From: Chiloscyllium plagiosum
Lineage: Eukaryota
Length of the DNA stretch: 64,000 bases
Assembly (NCBI RefSeq): GCF_004010195.1
Contig: NC_057711.1
Span: 113,315,909-113,379,908, forward strand
Direction: 5' to 3'
The first letter of the stretch is position 1. Each line of letters opens with the position of its first letter. Positions 1-11,829 of this stretch are shown piece after piece. The notes below the pieces were generated by a model. It searched no databases. It saw only the letters and a program-made list of their open reading frames with translations, and was not told the DNA's origin. Both the position numbers and the translations under genes were made by a program.

Positions 1-630
1 CTGGGGGTTCATGTACATAATTCTTTGAAATTTGCATCACAGGTAGAAAGGGTGATTTAGAAGGTGTTTAGCACGTTTGCCTTCATGGCTCAGACAAGGA
101 GTTGGAAGAACAGCATGTTGAAGTTGCACAGGATGTTGGTGAAGCATCTGATGGAGCATTTCTTTGTGCATTTCTCATTGTCCTGTTATAGGAAAGTTAT
201 TATAAATCTGGACACAGTTGAGAACAGATTTACCAGAGTGTTGCCTAGAGGGTTTGAGATATAAAAATTTGGACAGTCTGGGACTTCTTTCACTGGAGTG
301 TAGGAGATTAAAGGGTGATCTTATAGAGGTTTATAAAATCATGAGGGCCATAGCTAAGGTGAATGACAAGGGTCTTTTCCCTAGGGTGGGGAGTCCAAAA
401 TTAGGGGGCATATTTTCAAGTTGAGAGAAGAAAAGTTTGAAAAGAACACGAGAAGCAACTTTTATACACAGAGAAAGTGGTTTGTGTGTCGAATGGTCTG
501 CCAGAGAAAGTGATGGATGCAGGTACAATTACAACATTTAAAAGACATTTAGATATGTGCATAATTAGTAATTGGAGTAATGTAGGCCAAACACAAGCAA
601 GTGGGACTAATTTAGTTTGGGAATATTGTC
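1..630 (+). mobile_element. CR1 LINE 3' fragment (degenerate ORF2 C-terminus)
   Basis: ORF 218..424 contains LGLLSLECRRLKGDLIEVYKIM, the CR1 ORF2 C-terminal motif, followed by 3'UTR-like sequence. Confidence 0.9.
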
Positions 631-649
631 AATGTGAGCTGGTTCTAGG

Positions 650-3600
650 GAGTCATAGACTCCTACAGCATGGAGAGAGGCCCTTTGGCCCAAACTGGTC
701 CATGCCAACCAAAAAGTCCATTCATGCTAACCTTATTTCCCTGCACTTGGCCCATATCCTTCTAAACCTATCCTATCCATGTATTTGTCCAAATGCCTTT
801 TAAATATTGTTAATATACCCACCTCAACCACTTCTGCTGGCAGCTCATTCTATGTGGGTACCATCCTCTGTATAAAAAAGTTGCCCCTCAGGTTCTGTTT
901 AATTCTTTCTCCTCTAACCTTAAACTGATGCCCCGTAGTCCTTGATTCCCCAACCCTGGGAAGACTAAGTGCATTCACTTTATCCATGCCTCTCATTATC
1001 TTACTCACCTCTATAAGGTCACCCCCTCAGTCTCCTACGCTCGAAAGAAAAACATCCTCACTTGTCCAACTTCTCCCTTTAACTCAGAATATCGAGGCCT
1101 GGAAATGTCTTTGTAAATTTATTCTGCACTCTTTCCAGTTTAACAGCATTGTTCCTATAGGAAGGTGACTAAAACTGTGCACCATACTGCAAGTGCAGCT
1201 GCACCAACATCTGTACAACTGCAACATAATTTCCCAACTTCTATACTCAATGCCCTGACTGATGAAGGTCAGTGTGTCAAAAGCCTTCTTCACTGCCCTG
1301 TCTGTCTGTGACTCCACTTTCAGAGAACCGTGTACCTGAACTCCAAGGTCCCTCTGTTCCACTACACTCCTTAAGGCCCTACCATTTGCCACGAAACTCC
1401 TACCTTGATTTGACTTCCCAAAATGCAAGACCTCACACGTATCTATATTAAACTCCATTGCCATTTCCCAGCCCACTCCCCCAGCTGATCAAGGTCCTGC
1501 TGCAATTTTTGAGAACCTTCCTCACTGTCCATGATACCACCTAATTTAGCGTCATCAACAAATGTACTAATCATGCCTTGTACATTCTCATCCAGATATA
1601 GATAACAAACAATAATGGGGCCCAGCAACGACCCCTGAGGCACTCCCCTAGTTATAGACCTCCAGTCCGACAAGCATCCTTCCACTATTGCCCTCTGCTT
1701 CCTACCATCAAGCCAACTGTGTATCCAATTTTCCAGTTCGCCCTAGATTCCATGCAATCTATCCTTTCAGAGCTGCCTACCATGTGGAATCTTATCAAAG
1801 GCCTTTCTGCAATCCATATAGACTACATCTACGGCCATGCCCTCGCCAACCTTCTTAGTCACTTCTAATACATTTGTAAGGCATGATCCCCCATGCACAA
1901 AGCCACATTGACTATTCCTAATCAAACCATCTTTCCAAATGCATGCATATCTTATCTCTCAGGATCTTCTCAAGTAACCTACTTACCACAGATGTTAGGT
2001 TTACTGGTCTATAACTCCCAAGTTTTTCTTTTGTTAGGTCAGACCACTCAAAACATTCTTGAGCAGGCAACCCAGACCATAACTTTGCAATTTGTTTCGG
2101 TAAGTGTACAGTGAAAATTACCCAGAGTAAGGTAGCTAGGTTGACTACTAAATTTTAAAACAGACAGAAACATATTCACAGAATTACACAATGAAACACA
2201 AAGAACAGAATAAAGAACCCCTACAAAACTCAGTCTATCCAAAGTAGACTTAATTATACTGTTGTGAATATACACAACAGTCCCAATAAGCAAACCCCCT
2301 TAGAAACCAACACAAACAGAACACATGCTTACAGGTTGAAGTTAGAAGGAGAGAGAGAATTTCCAAACAGCTCACTGCTGAAATCCCAACCAGTTCTGGA
2401 CTGAACTGCTCAGCTCAGCTCGAGGGCTGACCACTTCTCTTTCATTATACAGGTCTCTTCTAAAACACGACTACTTTGGCCTAAAGTCTCATCTGTTTAC
2501 ATATAAACAAAAGGCCTCTCAAAATCTTTTTCATCTCTGTACCAAACCAGACTGATCAGAGCCCGGCCCAGTTTATTACTCCTCTGAAAAAATCAAGAAC
2601 AGAGTATCCTTGAGCCAAGGACAGCTTTTCTTTAAAAAAAAGGACTACTACAGCCCTTCTTGAATAAGTGCACAGCATTCGCTACCCTCCAGTCTTCTGG
2701 GACTTCACACGTGGCTAAGGATGATGCAAAAATATCAGCCAGGGCCCCTGCAATTTCTTCTATAGCCTCTTGCTGTGTTCTTGGATATATCTGGTCAGGA
2801 CCAGGAGATTTATCCACCTTCACACATTCTAATACATTCAACACCTCCTCTACTGTGATATGGATTGTCCCCAAGATATGACCACAAACTTCCCCAGGTT
2901 CCCAAGTCTTCATGTCTTTCTCCACAGTAAACACAAAGGAGAAATATTCATTGAAGACCTTACCCATCTCCTACGGTTCTACATATACATGTCTACTTTG
3001 GTCCTTGAGGGGTCCTAGTCTCTCTCTAGTTGTTCTTTTTCCTTTAATATACTTAAGGAACCTCTTTGGATTCACCCTAATCTTCTCAGCAAAAACTATC
3101 TTGTGCCCCCTTTACGCCCTCCTGATTTCCTTCTTCAATAAATTCCTGCATTCCCTATATATCTCCTTTGATATATCATTCCCCTTAATCCCAGCTGCCT
3201 GTACCTGAGCCATACTTCCTTTTTCCTGGTCAAAGTCTCAAAATCTCTTGTCATCAAGGGTTCTCTATTCCTGTCAACCTTGCCCTTCACTCTCACAGGA
3301 ACATTTAGGCCTTGAATTCTAGCTATCTCACTTTTAAAGGCCCCCCACTTGCTGGAGGTTCCTTTGCCTGCAAACAAACTACTCCAATCAACCTCTGCAA
3401 GCTCCTGGCTAATTCCATCAAAATTCACCTTGGCCCAGTTTAAAACTTGAACCTGTGGGCCAGTTTTGTCCCTCTCCATAACTATTTTAAAATTAATAGA
3501 ACTATGGTCACTGGTCCCAAAGTGCTCCCTCACTGTCACCTTCCTGAGTAGACCCTCTATATATTGTTTGAGGAAACTTTCCTGAACAGACTTAACAAAT

Positions 3601-5250
3601 TCCATCCCACCTAAGCCCTTAATGCTCTGGCAATCCCAGTGTATTTTTGGAAAATTAAAATCTCCTACTATGACAACCCAATTGTTCCTGCAAGTTCCCC
3701 AATCTCCCTGCACATATGTTCCCCTAATTCCCATTGACTATTTGGGAACCTGTAGTATAACCCCAATGATGTCACCATCCCCTTCTTATTTCTTGGCTCC
3801 ACCCATAAAGCCTCACTGGATGATTCTTTCTTCAGTTATTTCATCTCTGATTACTATTGTGACAGTTACCTTAATCAAAAACATAACTCCCCCACCCCTC
3901 TTTCCACCACCTGTCCCCCCTAAAACATCTGTACTCTGGTACATTAAGTTGCCAGTCCTGTCCCTCCATTAGCCATGTTTCTTTAAGGGCTATAATACCC
4001 CAGTCCCATGTACCTAGCTACATCCTGAGTTCATCAGTCATACCTGTCAATCCTCTTGCATTGAAATAAATGCAATTTAATCCAACAGGCATTCCTTGCT
4101 CCCTGCCATGTTCTAGCCTCTCCTGTCTTTTCACTTTACTATTTCTGATTACTGTATCTCCTTTGAGCCTCACACTTGCCTCTCTGCTGTTGAGGATCCC
4201 ACCCCCCTGCCCATCTAGTTTAACCCCTCCCTTGCAGCCCTAGCAAACCTGGTCGCCAAGATATTGGTTCCCCTCCAGTTCAAATGCAAACCGTCCCTCT
4301 TGAACAGGTCGCCTCTACCTCAGAAAAGATCCCAATTATCTAAAAATCTGAATCCCTGCCCCCTGCACCAATTATTTAGCTACGCATTCATCTGCCATAT
4401 TCTGCTGTTCTTACCCTCACTAGCACATGGCACTAGAAGTAATGTGGAGATGACCACTGACGAGGATCTGGTTTTAAACTTTTTCCCTAGTGCTCTGTAA
4501 TCATTCTGCAGGACCTCATCCCTATTTCTACCTATGTCGTTAGTGCTAAAGTGCACAATGACTTCTGGCTGCTCATCCTCCCCCTTCAGAATGTTTGGCA
4601 GCCACTCTGAGACATCCTGAATCCTGGCACCTGGGATTCCCGTTTATGGCCACAGAATCTCCTGTCTGTCTCCCTAACTATCATGCATCCTATTACTAAG
4701 CTGCTGTTTACCTTTACCCTTTCTCACTGTGCCCCAGAGCCAGTCATAGTGCCACCGATCTGGCTACTGCTGCCTTCCCCTCAATGGTCATACCCCCCCT
4801 CAACAATATCCATAATGGTATATTTGTTTTCAAGGGGAATGGCCACAGGGGATTCCTACACTCTCTGCTTACTCAGCTTGCCTTTCTTGGTGGTCACCCA
4901 GCTACTCTCTGCCTGCACCTTCAGTGTAACCACCTTACTAAAATTCTGATCAATGAAGCACTCAGCATCTCGGATGATCCTGAGTGCATCCAGCTCCAGA
5001 ACACAGTCTCCCAGGAGTTGCACTACTCGCAGGTGTAGTCATCAGGGATGATGGAAGTCTCCCTGAGCTTCCACAACCTACAGGAGGAATATGCAACTGC
5101 TCTAACTGCCATCTTAACTGCTGTAAGACTAAAGAGAAAAGTTAAAAGGACTTTACCTGAGCTTATCCGTACATTTTGCTGAACCACTGCTCTCTGAAGT
5201 CCCTCGAGCCTTACTATTTACTCTGCTACAAACAAATGTTGCAATAGCAC
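650..5250 (-). mobile_element. Near full-length decayed CR1 LINE (ORF1 zinc finger + SGNH esterase, ORF2 APE endonuclease + RT)
   Basis: Minus strand: ORF1 start MAVRAVAYSSCRLW...PDDYTCE*C at ATG 5112, DGLHLNWRGTNIL near 4260-4295, endonuclease VIVGDFNFP and SDH (ORF 3135..3734), DKSPGPDQIYPR (2632..2967), RT GVPQGSLLGP and FVDD (1443..1685), and a CR1 tail near 650. Many stops and frameshifts. Confidence 0.92.
2032..2652. mobile_element. Solo-LTR-like insertion interrupting CR1 ORF2
   Basis: About 620 bp of non-CR1 sequence, starting TGTT and ending near CA, splits otherwise contiguous CR1 sequence (…gtttttcttt | cagcccttctt…). No clear TSD. Confidence 0.6.
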
Positions 5251-5378
5251 TCCTCTCCACGCTCTCCCAGTTCCATTCTGGTTAATACTGTTTGGCAGGG
5301 TTTTAATTCTGATGATTCTGATAAACGTCAGGCGAGAGGGTAGATTCACTTGTTGGGGGTGGGCATTGCTTGGCTCTT

Positions 5379-5977
5379 ATAGAGTCATAGAGTCATAGAG
5401 ATGTACAGCATGGAAACAGACCCTTTGGTCCAACTGTCCATGCCGACCAGATATCCCAACCCAATCTAGTCCCACCTGCCAGCACCTCCAAACCCTTCCT
5501 ATTCATATACCCATCCAAATGCCTTTTAAATGTTGCAATTGTACCAGCCTCCACCACTTCCTCCGGCAGCTCATTCCATACACGTACCACCCTCTGCGTG
5601 AAAAAGTTGCCCCTTAGGTCTCTTTTATATCTTTCCCCTCTCACCCTAAACCTATGCCCTCTAGTTCTGGACTCCCCCACCCCAGCAAAAAGACTTTGTC
5701 TATTTATCCTATCCATGCCCCTCATAATTTTGTAAACCTCTATAAGGTCACCCCTCAGCCTCCGACGCTCCAGGGAAAACAACCACAGCCTGTTCAGCCT
5801 CTCCCTATAGCTCAAATCCTCCAATCCTGGCAACATCCTTGCAAATCTTTTCTGAACCCTTTCAAATTTCACAACATCTTTCCACAATATTCCACAGCCG
5901 TAACATGACCTCCCAACTCCTGTACTCAATACTCTGACCAATAAAGGAAAGCATACCAAACGCCTTCTTCACTATCC
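5379..5977 (-). mobile_element. Young 5'-truncated CR1 (HER1-like) with (ATGACTCT)n tail
   Basis: ORF 5393..5959 is a nearly clean ORF2 C-terminus (LFSLERRRLRGDLIEVYKIMRG…WNELPEEVVEAG). An octamer tail lies at 5379-5400. Confidence 0.93.
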
Positions 5978-5995
5978 TGCGTGATATGAATGTTA

Positions 5996-6090
5996 GAGTT
6001 GAGAGCATGGTGCTGGAAAAGCACAGGAGGTCAGACAGCATCCGAGGAACCCCTCAACTCTGATCTCCAGCATCTGCAATCCCCACTCTC
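5996..6090. mobile_element. Short Penelope-derived fold-back insertion with 21-bp TSD
   Basis: An inverted arm (gtgctggaaaagcacagg…) is followed by the forward terminus (ctctgatctccagcatctgca…). It is flanked by tcctgc(g/c)tgatatgaatgtta at 5975-5995 and 6091-6111. Confidence 0.8.
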
Positions 6091-6949
6091 TCCTGCCTGA
6101 TATGAATGTTACTTAATCTTGGGTGGTCATTGAAGCTAAATCCAACCCGGGCTCACCTGATGGCTGATATGTATGTGAATATTTCAACAGGGTTCTCTGC
6201 ATGGTAGTCAGTGGTGAGACCCCTGGTTGATTGATTCTCTCCTTAAGATAGGAATGTTGAGGACAAAGGTAGGGAGTGCTGCGTATATTCACTGCACTTG
6301 AAGAATAAGATTTCAACCTCCCTGATCGGTGTGGTATTAAGAACCAGTAATATTTTTAAAAATGCTAAAAGTTTAGAAAATCCATGATTCAAAATCATAA
6401 AAGTAAAGGCATTTTTCATTCATTGGTAATACTCGACAGTAGAAATTCCAATGAAAACATTTATCCCAGCCTGCACTGAGGTAACCTTTCTTTTCTCTGG
6501 ATTGGAGAAAGGAAAATTGGCTAGAATTCCTACACTTGACTATTATCCAGTGACCTGAGGAGTTGGGTGTTCTCACCTTACAGGAATGTTACTACAAGGG
6601 TATGGATATTCTCCTGTGGTCAGATAGACTGCCAATATTCACACGAGTAGCTGGTGATTGGAGGCTGGAACCACATGAGACTGTCCCTTTGGATCGCAAG
6701 GGGTGGCTCGATGGTTATCTGTTCTCATTTTTCTCCTCAATTTCTAAGTGTTTGTTTGCACTGGACGTTTTTTGTTTCTTTATTTCTCACCCCCATTTCT
6801 TATTAGGGAGATACTGGTGTGCAAGCCCAAGCTAACAGCATTCCCTTTTGTGGGGTCATATATAATGAGACAAAGGAGCATATAGTAGAAAATCTGAAGT
6901 TTTAAAAACACCATATTTTTGTCATTGCATAATCCACACTAGAATGAAC

Positions 6950-7380
6950 CAACTGTCCTGCGAGGAGAGATTGAGTCAACAGAACTTACATTCTCTAGAG
7001 CTTGAATAATGAAATCTCATTGAAATGGATACAAATCTGGATGTTTTGACAGGTTTGGTGCCGAGACACTTTTCTTCCCATAGCAGGAGTGTCTGGAATT
7101 AGGAGGGTGAAAGATCACGGCTATTTAGCGCTGAGATGAGGAACAATTTTTCTAGTTAAGCGATTATGAATTGCTAACAATCCTCTATCATTATGAGCTG
7201 TGGATGCTCAGTCCTTGCATCTATTCAAGATCAAAATTGTTAGATTCTTGAGCACTGAGGGAATTGAGGGATGTGGAGATAGGGTAGGGGAGTGGAATAT
7301 CACTCATGATCTTGTTAAATGGGGCAGCAGGGGCGAGAGGCCAAATGGCCTATATCATCTCCTAGCACTTATGTTCTCAT
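6950..7380 (+). mobile_element. Old CR1 3' fragment
   Basis: Degenerate CR1 ORF2 end and 3'UTR motifs (gaggccaaatggcc…cttatgttct). Confidence 0.7.
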
Positions 7381-7554
7381 CGTCTTGTGTATACTCCTGT
7401 CAGTGAACTACTGGATCACAGTACCATCTCATATAAGGCAAAAATCTATGGCCATAATATGGCTCTAATGTACTGTATTGTTTTGACCTATTTTTGAATC
7501 TTTGCAGTGATGGAGGCCAAAATCTGCTTCTTTCAAACTTTAGGGTGCTCTCAC

Positions 7555-7681
7555 CTTATTGGAATGTTATTACGAGTCCAAGTTATCTCAGCTGCTGGAT
7601 ATGACTCCACACCACACAGGAAAGAAGCTTCATCTTCAACCAGAGCGTCCACTGTTTCCAAGGGGCTGGTAATCTGAGGAG
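7555..7681 (-). CDS. MUSK: MuSK coding exon 2, N-terminal half of Ig-like domain 1
   Basis: Acceptor tttgccag| and donor AG|gtgaga enclose 127 nt that translate (A)[41 protein letters not shown](R). This matches vertebrate MuSK (human, recalled: [43 protein letters not shown]). It is too short for the ORF track. Confidence 0.97.
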
Positions 7682-8045
7682 CTGGCAAAGTAACACAGGT
7701 TGAAGAAATACAATCCCAAAATCATTTTACAAAAACTACAGCAAATTCTTAGCCATATGAATTGGAGACTCTGCCTTTCTTTGATTTAGTGCCCTTTTTG
7801 CCTTCGTGGAGACTAATGCATTCAATAAAAATATGGCTTAAGTGAATCTAATTGTAGAACACCAGATACAACAAATATTTAATATTATTGTCATAAACAA
7901 TCAATTTCGCCAGCAGTTGAATTTTGAAATCACAACTTTGGCCTTTGGGAAATCAGGAAATGTGTGGACTCATTGATATTGTTAAGGAATGAAAGGAAAC
8001 AACATTGTCTTCTGTTATTATGTCTCATGGTCAGTATATCAGTGC

Positions 8046-8528
8046 AGCACGGAGGAGAATGGGACCCGTGTGGGGGAGAGTGAGCACAGCGTGGGGGAGA
8101 ATGGGATCCGCGTGGGGGAGAGTGAGCGCAGCACGGAGGAGAATGGGACCCGCGTGGGGGAGAGTGAGCGCAGCACGGAGGAGAATGGGACCCGCGTGGG
8201 GGAGAGTGAGCGCAGCACGGAGGAGAATGGGACCCGCGTGGGGGAGAGTGAGCACAGTATGGGGGAGAATGAGACCCGCGTGGGGGAGAGTGAGTGCAGC
8301 ACGGAGGAGAATGGGACCCGCGTGGGGGAGAGTGAGCGCAGCGTGGAGGAGAATGGGACCCGCGTGGGGGAGAGTGAGTGCAGCACGGAGGAGAATGGGA
8401 CCCGCGTGGGGGAGAGTGAGCGCAGCACGGAGGAGAATGGGACCCGCGTGGGGGAGAGTGAGCGCAGCACGGAGGAGAATGGGACCCGTGTGGGGGAGAG
8501 TGAGCGCAGCACGGAGGAGAATGGGACC
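8046..8528 (+). repeat. 42-bp minisatellite, ~11.5 copies, in MuSK intron 1
   Basis: The unit agcacggaggagaatgggacccgcgtgggggagagtgagcgc starts at 8046, 8088 … 8508. A degenerate 21-bp periodic tract continues to ~8645. Confidence 0.97.
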
Positions 8529-8703
8529 AGCACTGAGGAGATTAAGTGTGTCGTGCAGAAGAGTGAGCCCAGCATGTTGGACAGCAAGATCAGCAAGTTG
8601 GAGAGCGAGACCTGGGCAGAGGAGAGCGAGATCAGCGCGGATGAGATGGTACAATGGTACAAAAATCCTTGGCACAACCAAAAGCTTTAAAAGGCACAGT
8701 AAT

Positions 8704-9026
8704 GGGCGGCACGGTGGCACAGTGGTTAGCACTGCTGCCTCACAGCGCCAGAGACCCGGGTTCAATTCCCGACTCAGGCGACTGACTGTGTGAAAAGTTT
8801 GCACATTTTCCCCGTGTCTGCGTGGGTTTCCTCCGGGTGCTCCGGTTTCCTCCCACAGTCCAAAGATGTGCGGGTCAGGTGAATTGGCCATGCTAAATTG
8901 CCCGTAGTGTTAGGTTAAAGGGGTAAATGTAGGGGTAGGGGTATGGGTGGGTTGCGCTTCGGCGGGTCGGTGTGGACTTGTTGGGCCGAAGGGCCTGTTT
9001 CCACACTGTAAGTAATCTAATCTAAT
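8704..9026 (+). mobile_element. HE1-type tRNA-derived V-SINE, full length
   Basis: A box TGGCACAGTGG, B box GGTTCAATTCC, V-domain gtttgcac…gggtttcctccgggtgctccggtttcctcccacagtcc, CR1-like 3' end and (AATCT)n tail. Confidence 0.95.
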
Positions 9027-9199
9027 TCAGAATAAAAGATAAGAATCAAAATAGTTTATGTTGTAACTCTGTTTGCCATCATCGTTTTGAGTGTCTGCAA
9101 AGTACAGCTAGAACATAATTAACAGGTCCAAAAGACGAACTCGTGTAACCGGTTTAGAAAAGAGAAAATACATCCAGGAGGAAATTCCTGAATAATCAC

Positions 9200-9548
9200 A
9201 TCCCTACAGTGTGGAATCAGGCCATTCGGCCCATTGAGCCCACACCACCCCTCCAAAGAGCATCCCACCCAGAACCACCACCCTACCCTATCCATGTAAA
9301 CCTGTACTTCCCATGACTCCTGCTCCTAGTCTGCACATCCCTGGACACTATAGGCAATTTAGTGTAACCAATGCACCTGACCTGCACCTCATTGGACTGT
9401 GGGAGGATACCAGTGCATCCAGAAGAAACCCATGTAGACACTGGGAGAACGTGCAAACTTGACACACACAGTTGTCCAAGACTGGAATCAATTCCAGGTC
9501 CCTGGCACTGTGAAGCAGCAGTGCGAACCACTGAGCCACCATGCCACC
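9200..9548 (-). mobile_element. HE1-type SINE, older copy
   Basis: Reverse complement of HE1 head, V-domain and tail, more diverged. Confidence 0.9.
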
Positions 9549-9567
9549 TGGGTAGTTGTAGAATAAT

Positions 9568-9876
9568 GGTGGCACAGTGGTTAGCACTGCTGCCTCACAG
9601 CGCCAGAGACCCGGGTTCAATTCCCGCCTCAGGCGACTGACTGTGTGGAGTTTGCACGTTCTCCCCGTGTCTGCGTGGGTTTCCTCCGGGTGCTCTGGTT
9701 TCCTCCCACAGTCCAAAGATGTGCAGGGTCAGGTGAATTGGCCTTACTAAATTGCCCGTAGTGTTAGGTAAGGGGTAGTTGTAGGGGTATGGGTGGGTTT
9801 CGCTTCGGCGGGTCGGTGTGGACTTGTTGGGCCGAAGGGCCTGTTTCCACACTGTAATCTAATCTAATCTAATCTA
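9568..9876 (+). mobile_element. HE1-type SINE, young copy
   Basis: Near-identical to 8704-9026, with an (AATCT)n tail. Confidence 0.95.
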
Positions 9877-9899
9877 AAAAAAACTCTAAATTGGATACT

Positions 9900-11060
9900 A
9901 AATCAGAAGCAGAACAAGTAAATTGGGAGTACAGCAGATAATAGTTACTGTTCAGCATGAAGTAAGAGATGTGAAGTGATGCTGAAAGCTTTTGAAATAT
10001 TTCAACTTTAGTACTAACAAAATTCTTGAATAAACAAGATTTAATAGAAGAACAGAAAATCCTGGAGAATCCATTGATGATCCTTCATTATCACTGCAGA
10101 CAAAGGGAACCATATAACAACGTTGACTTAATATTAGAATTCATAAGGGACAGAATTATTATAGCTATTACTGCTGAAACTTTGTCAGATTTGCTACAGT
10201 CCAAAGAAGATAATTCTGGAAATGGCTATTTAGATGGGTGAAGCTGCGGTCAAAGAAACAACATAGTTCAATCCTAAGGGAATAAGATCAATTTCACACA
10301 GAGATGTTTGAAATTCAGTCAATTCTAATGGTATTGAACCCCAAAAGAGATAGGTGATAACCCACCATGTTAGTTAAGATAGTTAGCAGATACTAAAACT
10401 CTTCATCAAGATTGTGGAGCAAAATATCCCACAGATATGAGCAATGTCCAGTTAGTAAAACTGAAGGTTTTTATTGTAAAGTAATAGGCCACTTTCAGAA
10501 AAGCTTCCGAAGCATGGTAGGACACAGTCAGAGAGAAGCAAAAGACCACTTTATAAAGCAATAAATAAATTAGAACTGTCTGAAGCAGAAGACAAGCCCA
10601 AGATTTTCCTGAGGAAATTCATGACCCAAACCAAACATTTTGGCATGCTGCCATTTATGCCCATAGGCATTTCATGGATTTCAAGTTAGAAATGGGAACA
10701 CGATATTTCTAGATAGCAAGCCTCAGTTGACAAAATGCATGACTTCATAGTTCAAAAGGCATGGCACTTAATGGTAAAAGTATGCCACAGACAACACTCC
10801 AACATAGGGGGCACCAAATACTAGAAAGCTTATATATATTTCACAAGAAGGAATTCTTACTTCTGAGTACAAGGGTGCAGATTGATCTCAGTCTCATGCA
10901 AAAGTGCAAGGAGTTAAATAGCAAAAAGTCTAGGAACAACGGGTCCATTTCCTGTCAAGAAACAGGCAGTAGAAGGTTCTTCTGGGCTCTATAGTCATGG
11001 TGGAACCTAAACAAAAAAGCAGACTCCCCTATGATTGGTTAGAATAAGAAATTTGAGTGC
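9900..11060 (+). mobile_element. Decayed Ty3/Gypsy gag-protease remnant
   Basis: ORF 10026..10241 has LEFIRDRIIIAITAETLSDLLQSKED, resembling the Gypsy Gag motif IRDRIVVGI…LS..LQ. FKLEMGT near 10680-10700 resembles the protease motif FKLDTGA, and ORF 10761..10994 resembles post-protease sequence. Confidence 0.7.
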
Positions 11061-11494
11061 AATAAGAACCATCCACAATGATGTCATAAAATGGGGAGAG
11101 TTGTGGATAGTGAGGGAGATTGTCAAAGGATACAACAGGATATAATTCAGTGGATAAAAAAGGTAGGGTCATGGAAGCTAGGGATTCCTAATAGTCTTTG
11201 CATTACTGTAAAATCTATTCTTTTAACTTGCAAATGTTTGCAGACATGGGATAAGCAGCAACTTGCTTACTCTACAAGACACTTCACATTAGAACAGGAG
11301 GTGGCTATCCTGGCCAACACTATACAACTTAAACCTTAAAGAAGCCATATACTTAGAAGATATGCCTGGCAACATTCAAAATACCATCTCAAGAATAATT
11401 AGAGGTGGACAATCTTCGCAGGCTTTGCCACTGACATTCACATCCCATGAACAAAGAAAAATATAAATGATCTTTTAATAGTATAGAACTTGAA

Positions 11495-11800
11495 TGCTGT
11501 TGCAAAAAGAGAGATTGCAACAACTTTTTTTCTCCTGCACTCATCAAGACATATCACAAGAAAACCAAATTTCAAGGGAATAGCAATTTCTAATGACCAA
11601 GGAAAGTTATTGATTGGTTGGTAAAGTCTCTGATTGGCACAGGCCTTGCCATAGAAAATACATCAAGAAGCAACTACACCTCAGGCTTTTGTTTATATTC
11701 AAAGCTTTCAAGCCAACTTTGGCAATGGATTGCCATGAAAAACACTTCAGAGAATAGCTATTCCTCAAGATTTTGTTTAGTTGAAATAAATGACAATACA
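11495..11800 (-). mobile_element. Old Penelope-like terminal repeat, related to 12990-13385
   Basis: The reverse complement shares blocks with 13190-13385, including a degenerate ttgatgagtgcaggagaaa motif. Confidence 0.55.
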
Positions 11801-11829
11801 TAGGCATGGTAGGCTGGACCAGAAAATTA

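Noticed and set aside
1-7554. MuSK exon 3 (expected …FDTRYS..ENGQ.LTILSVED…YCC.ANNG…)
   Set aside because: No matching minus-strand reading was found. The region is almost all CR1, so the exon presumably lies left of the window.
8704-8780. tRNA genes at HE1 and other SINE heads
   Set aside because: A and B boxes are present but continue into SINE bodies with no complete cloverleaf.
8005-8891. Long ORFs 8005..8793, 8031..8891 and 8039..8677
   Set aside because: They are by-products of a stop-free 42-bp repeat, and two extend into an HE1 SINE.
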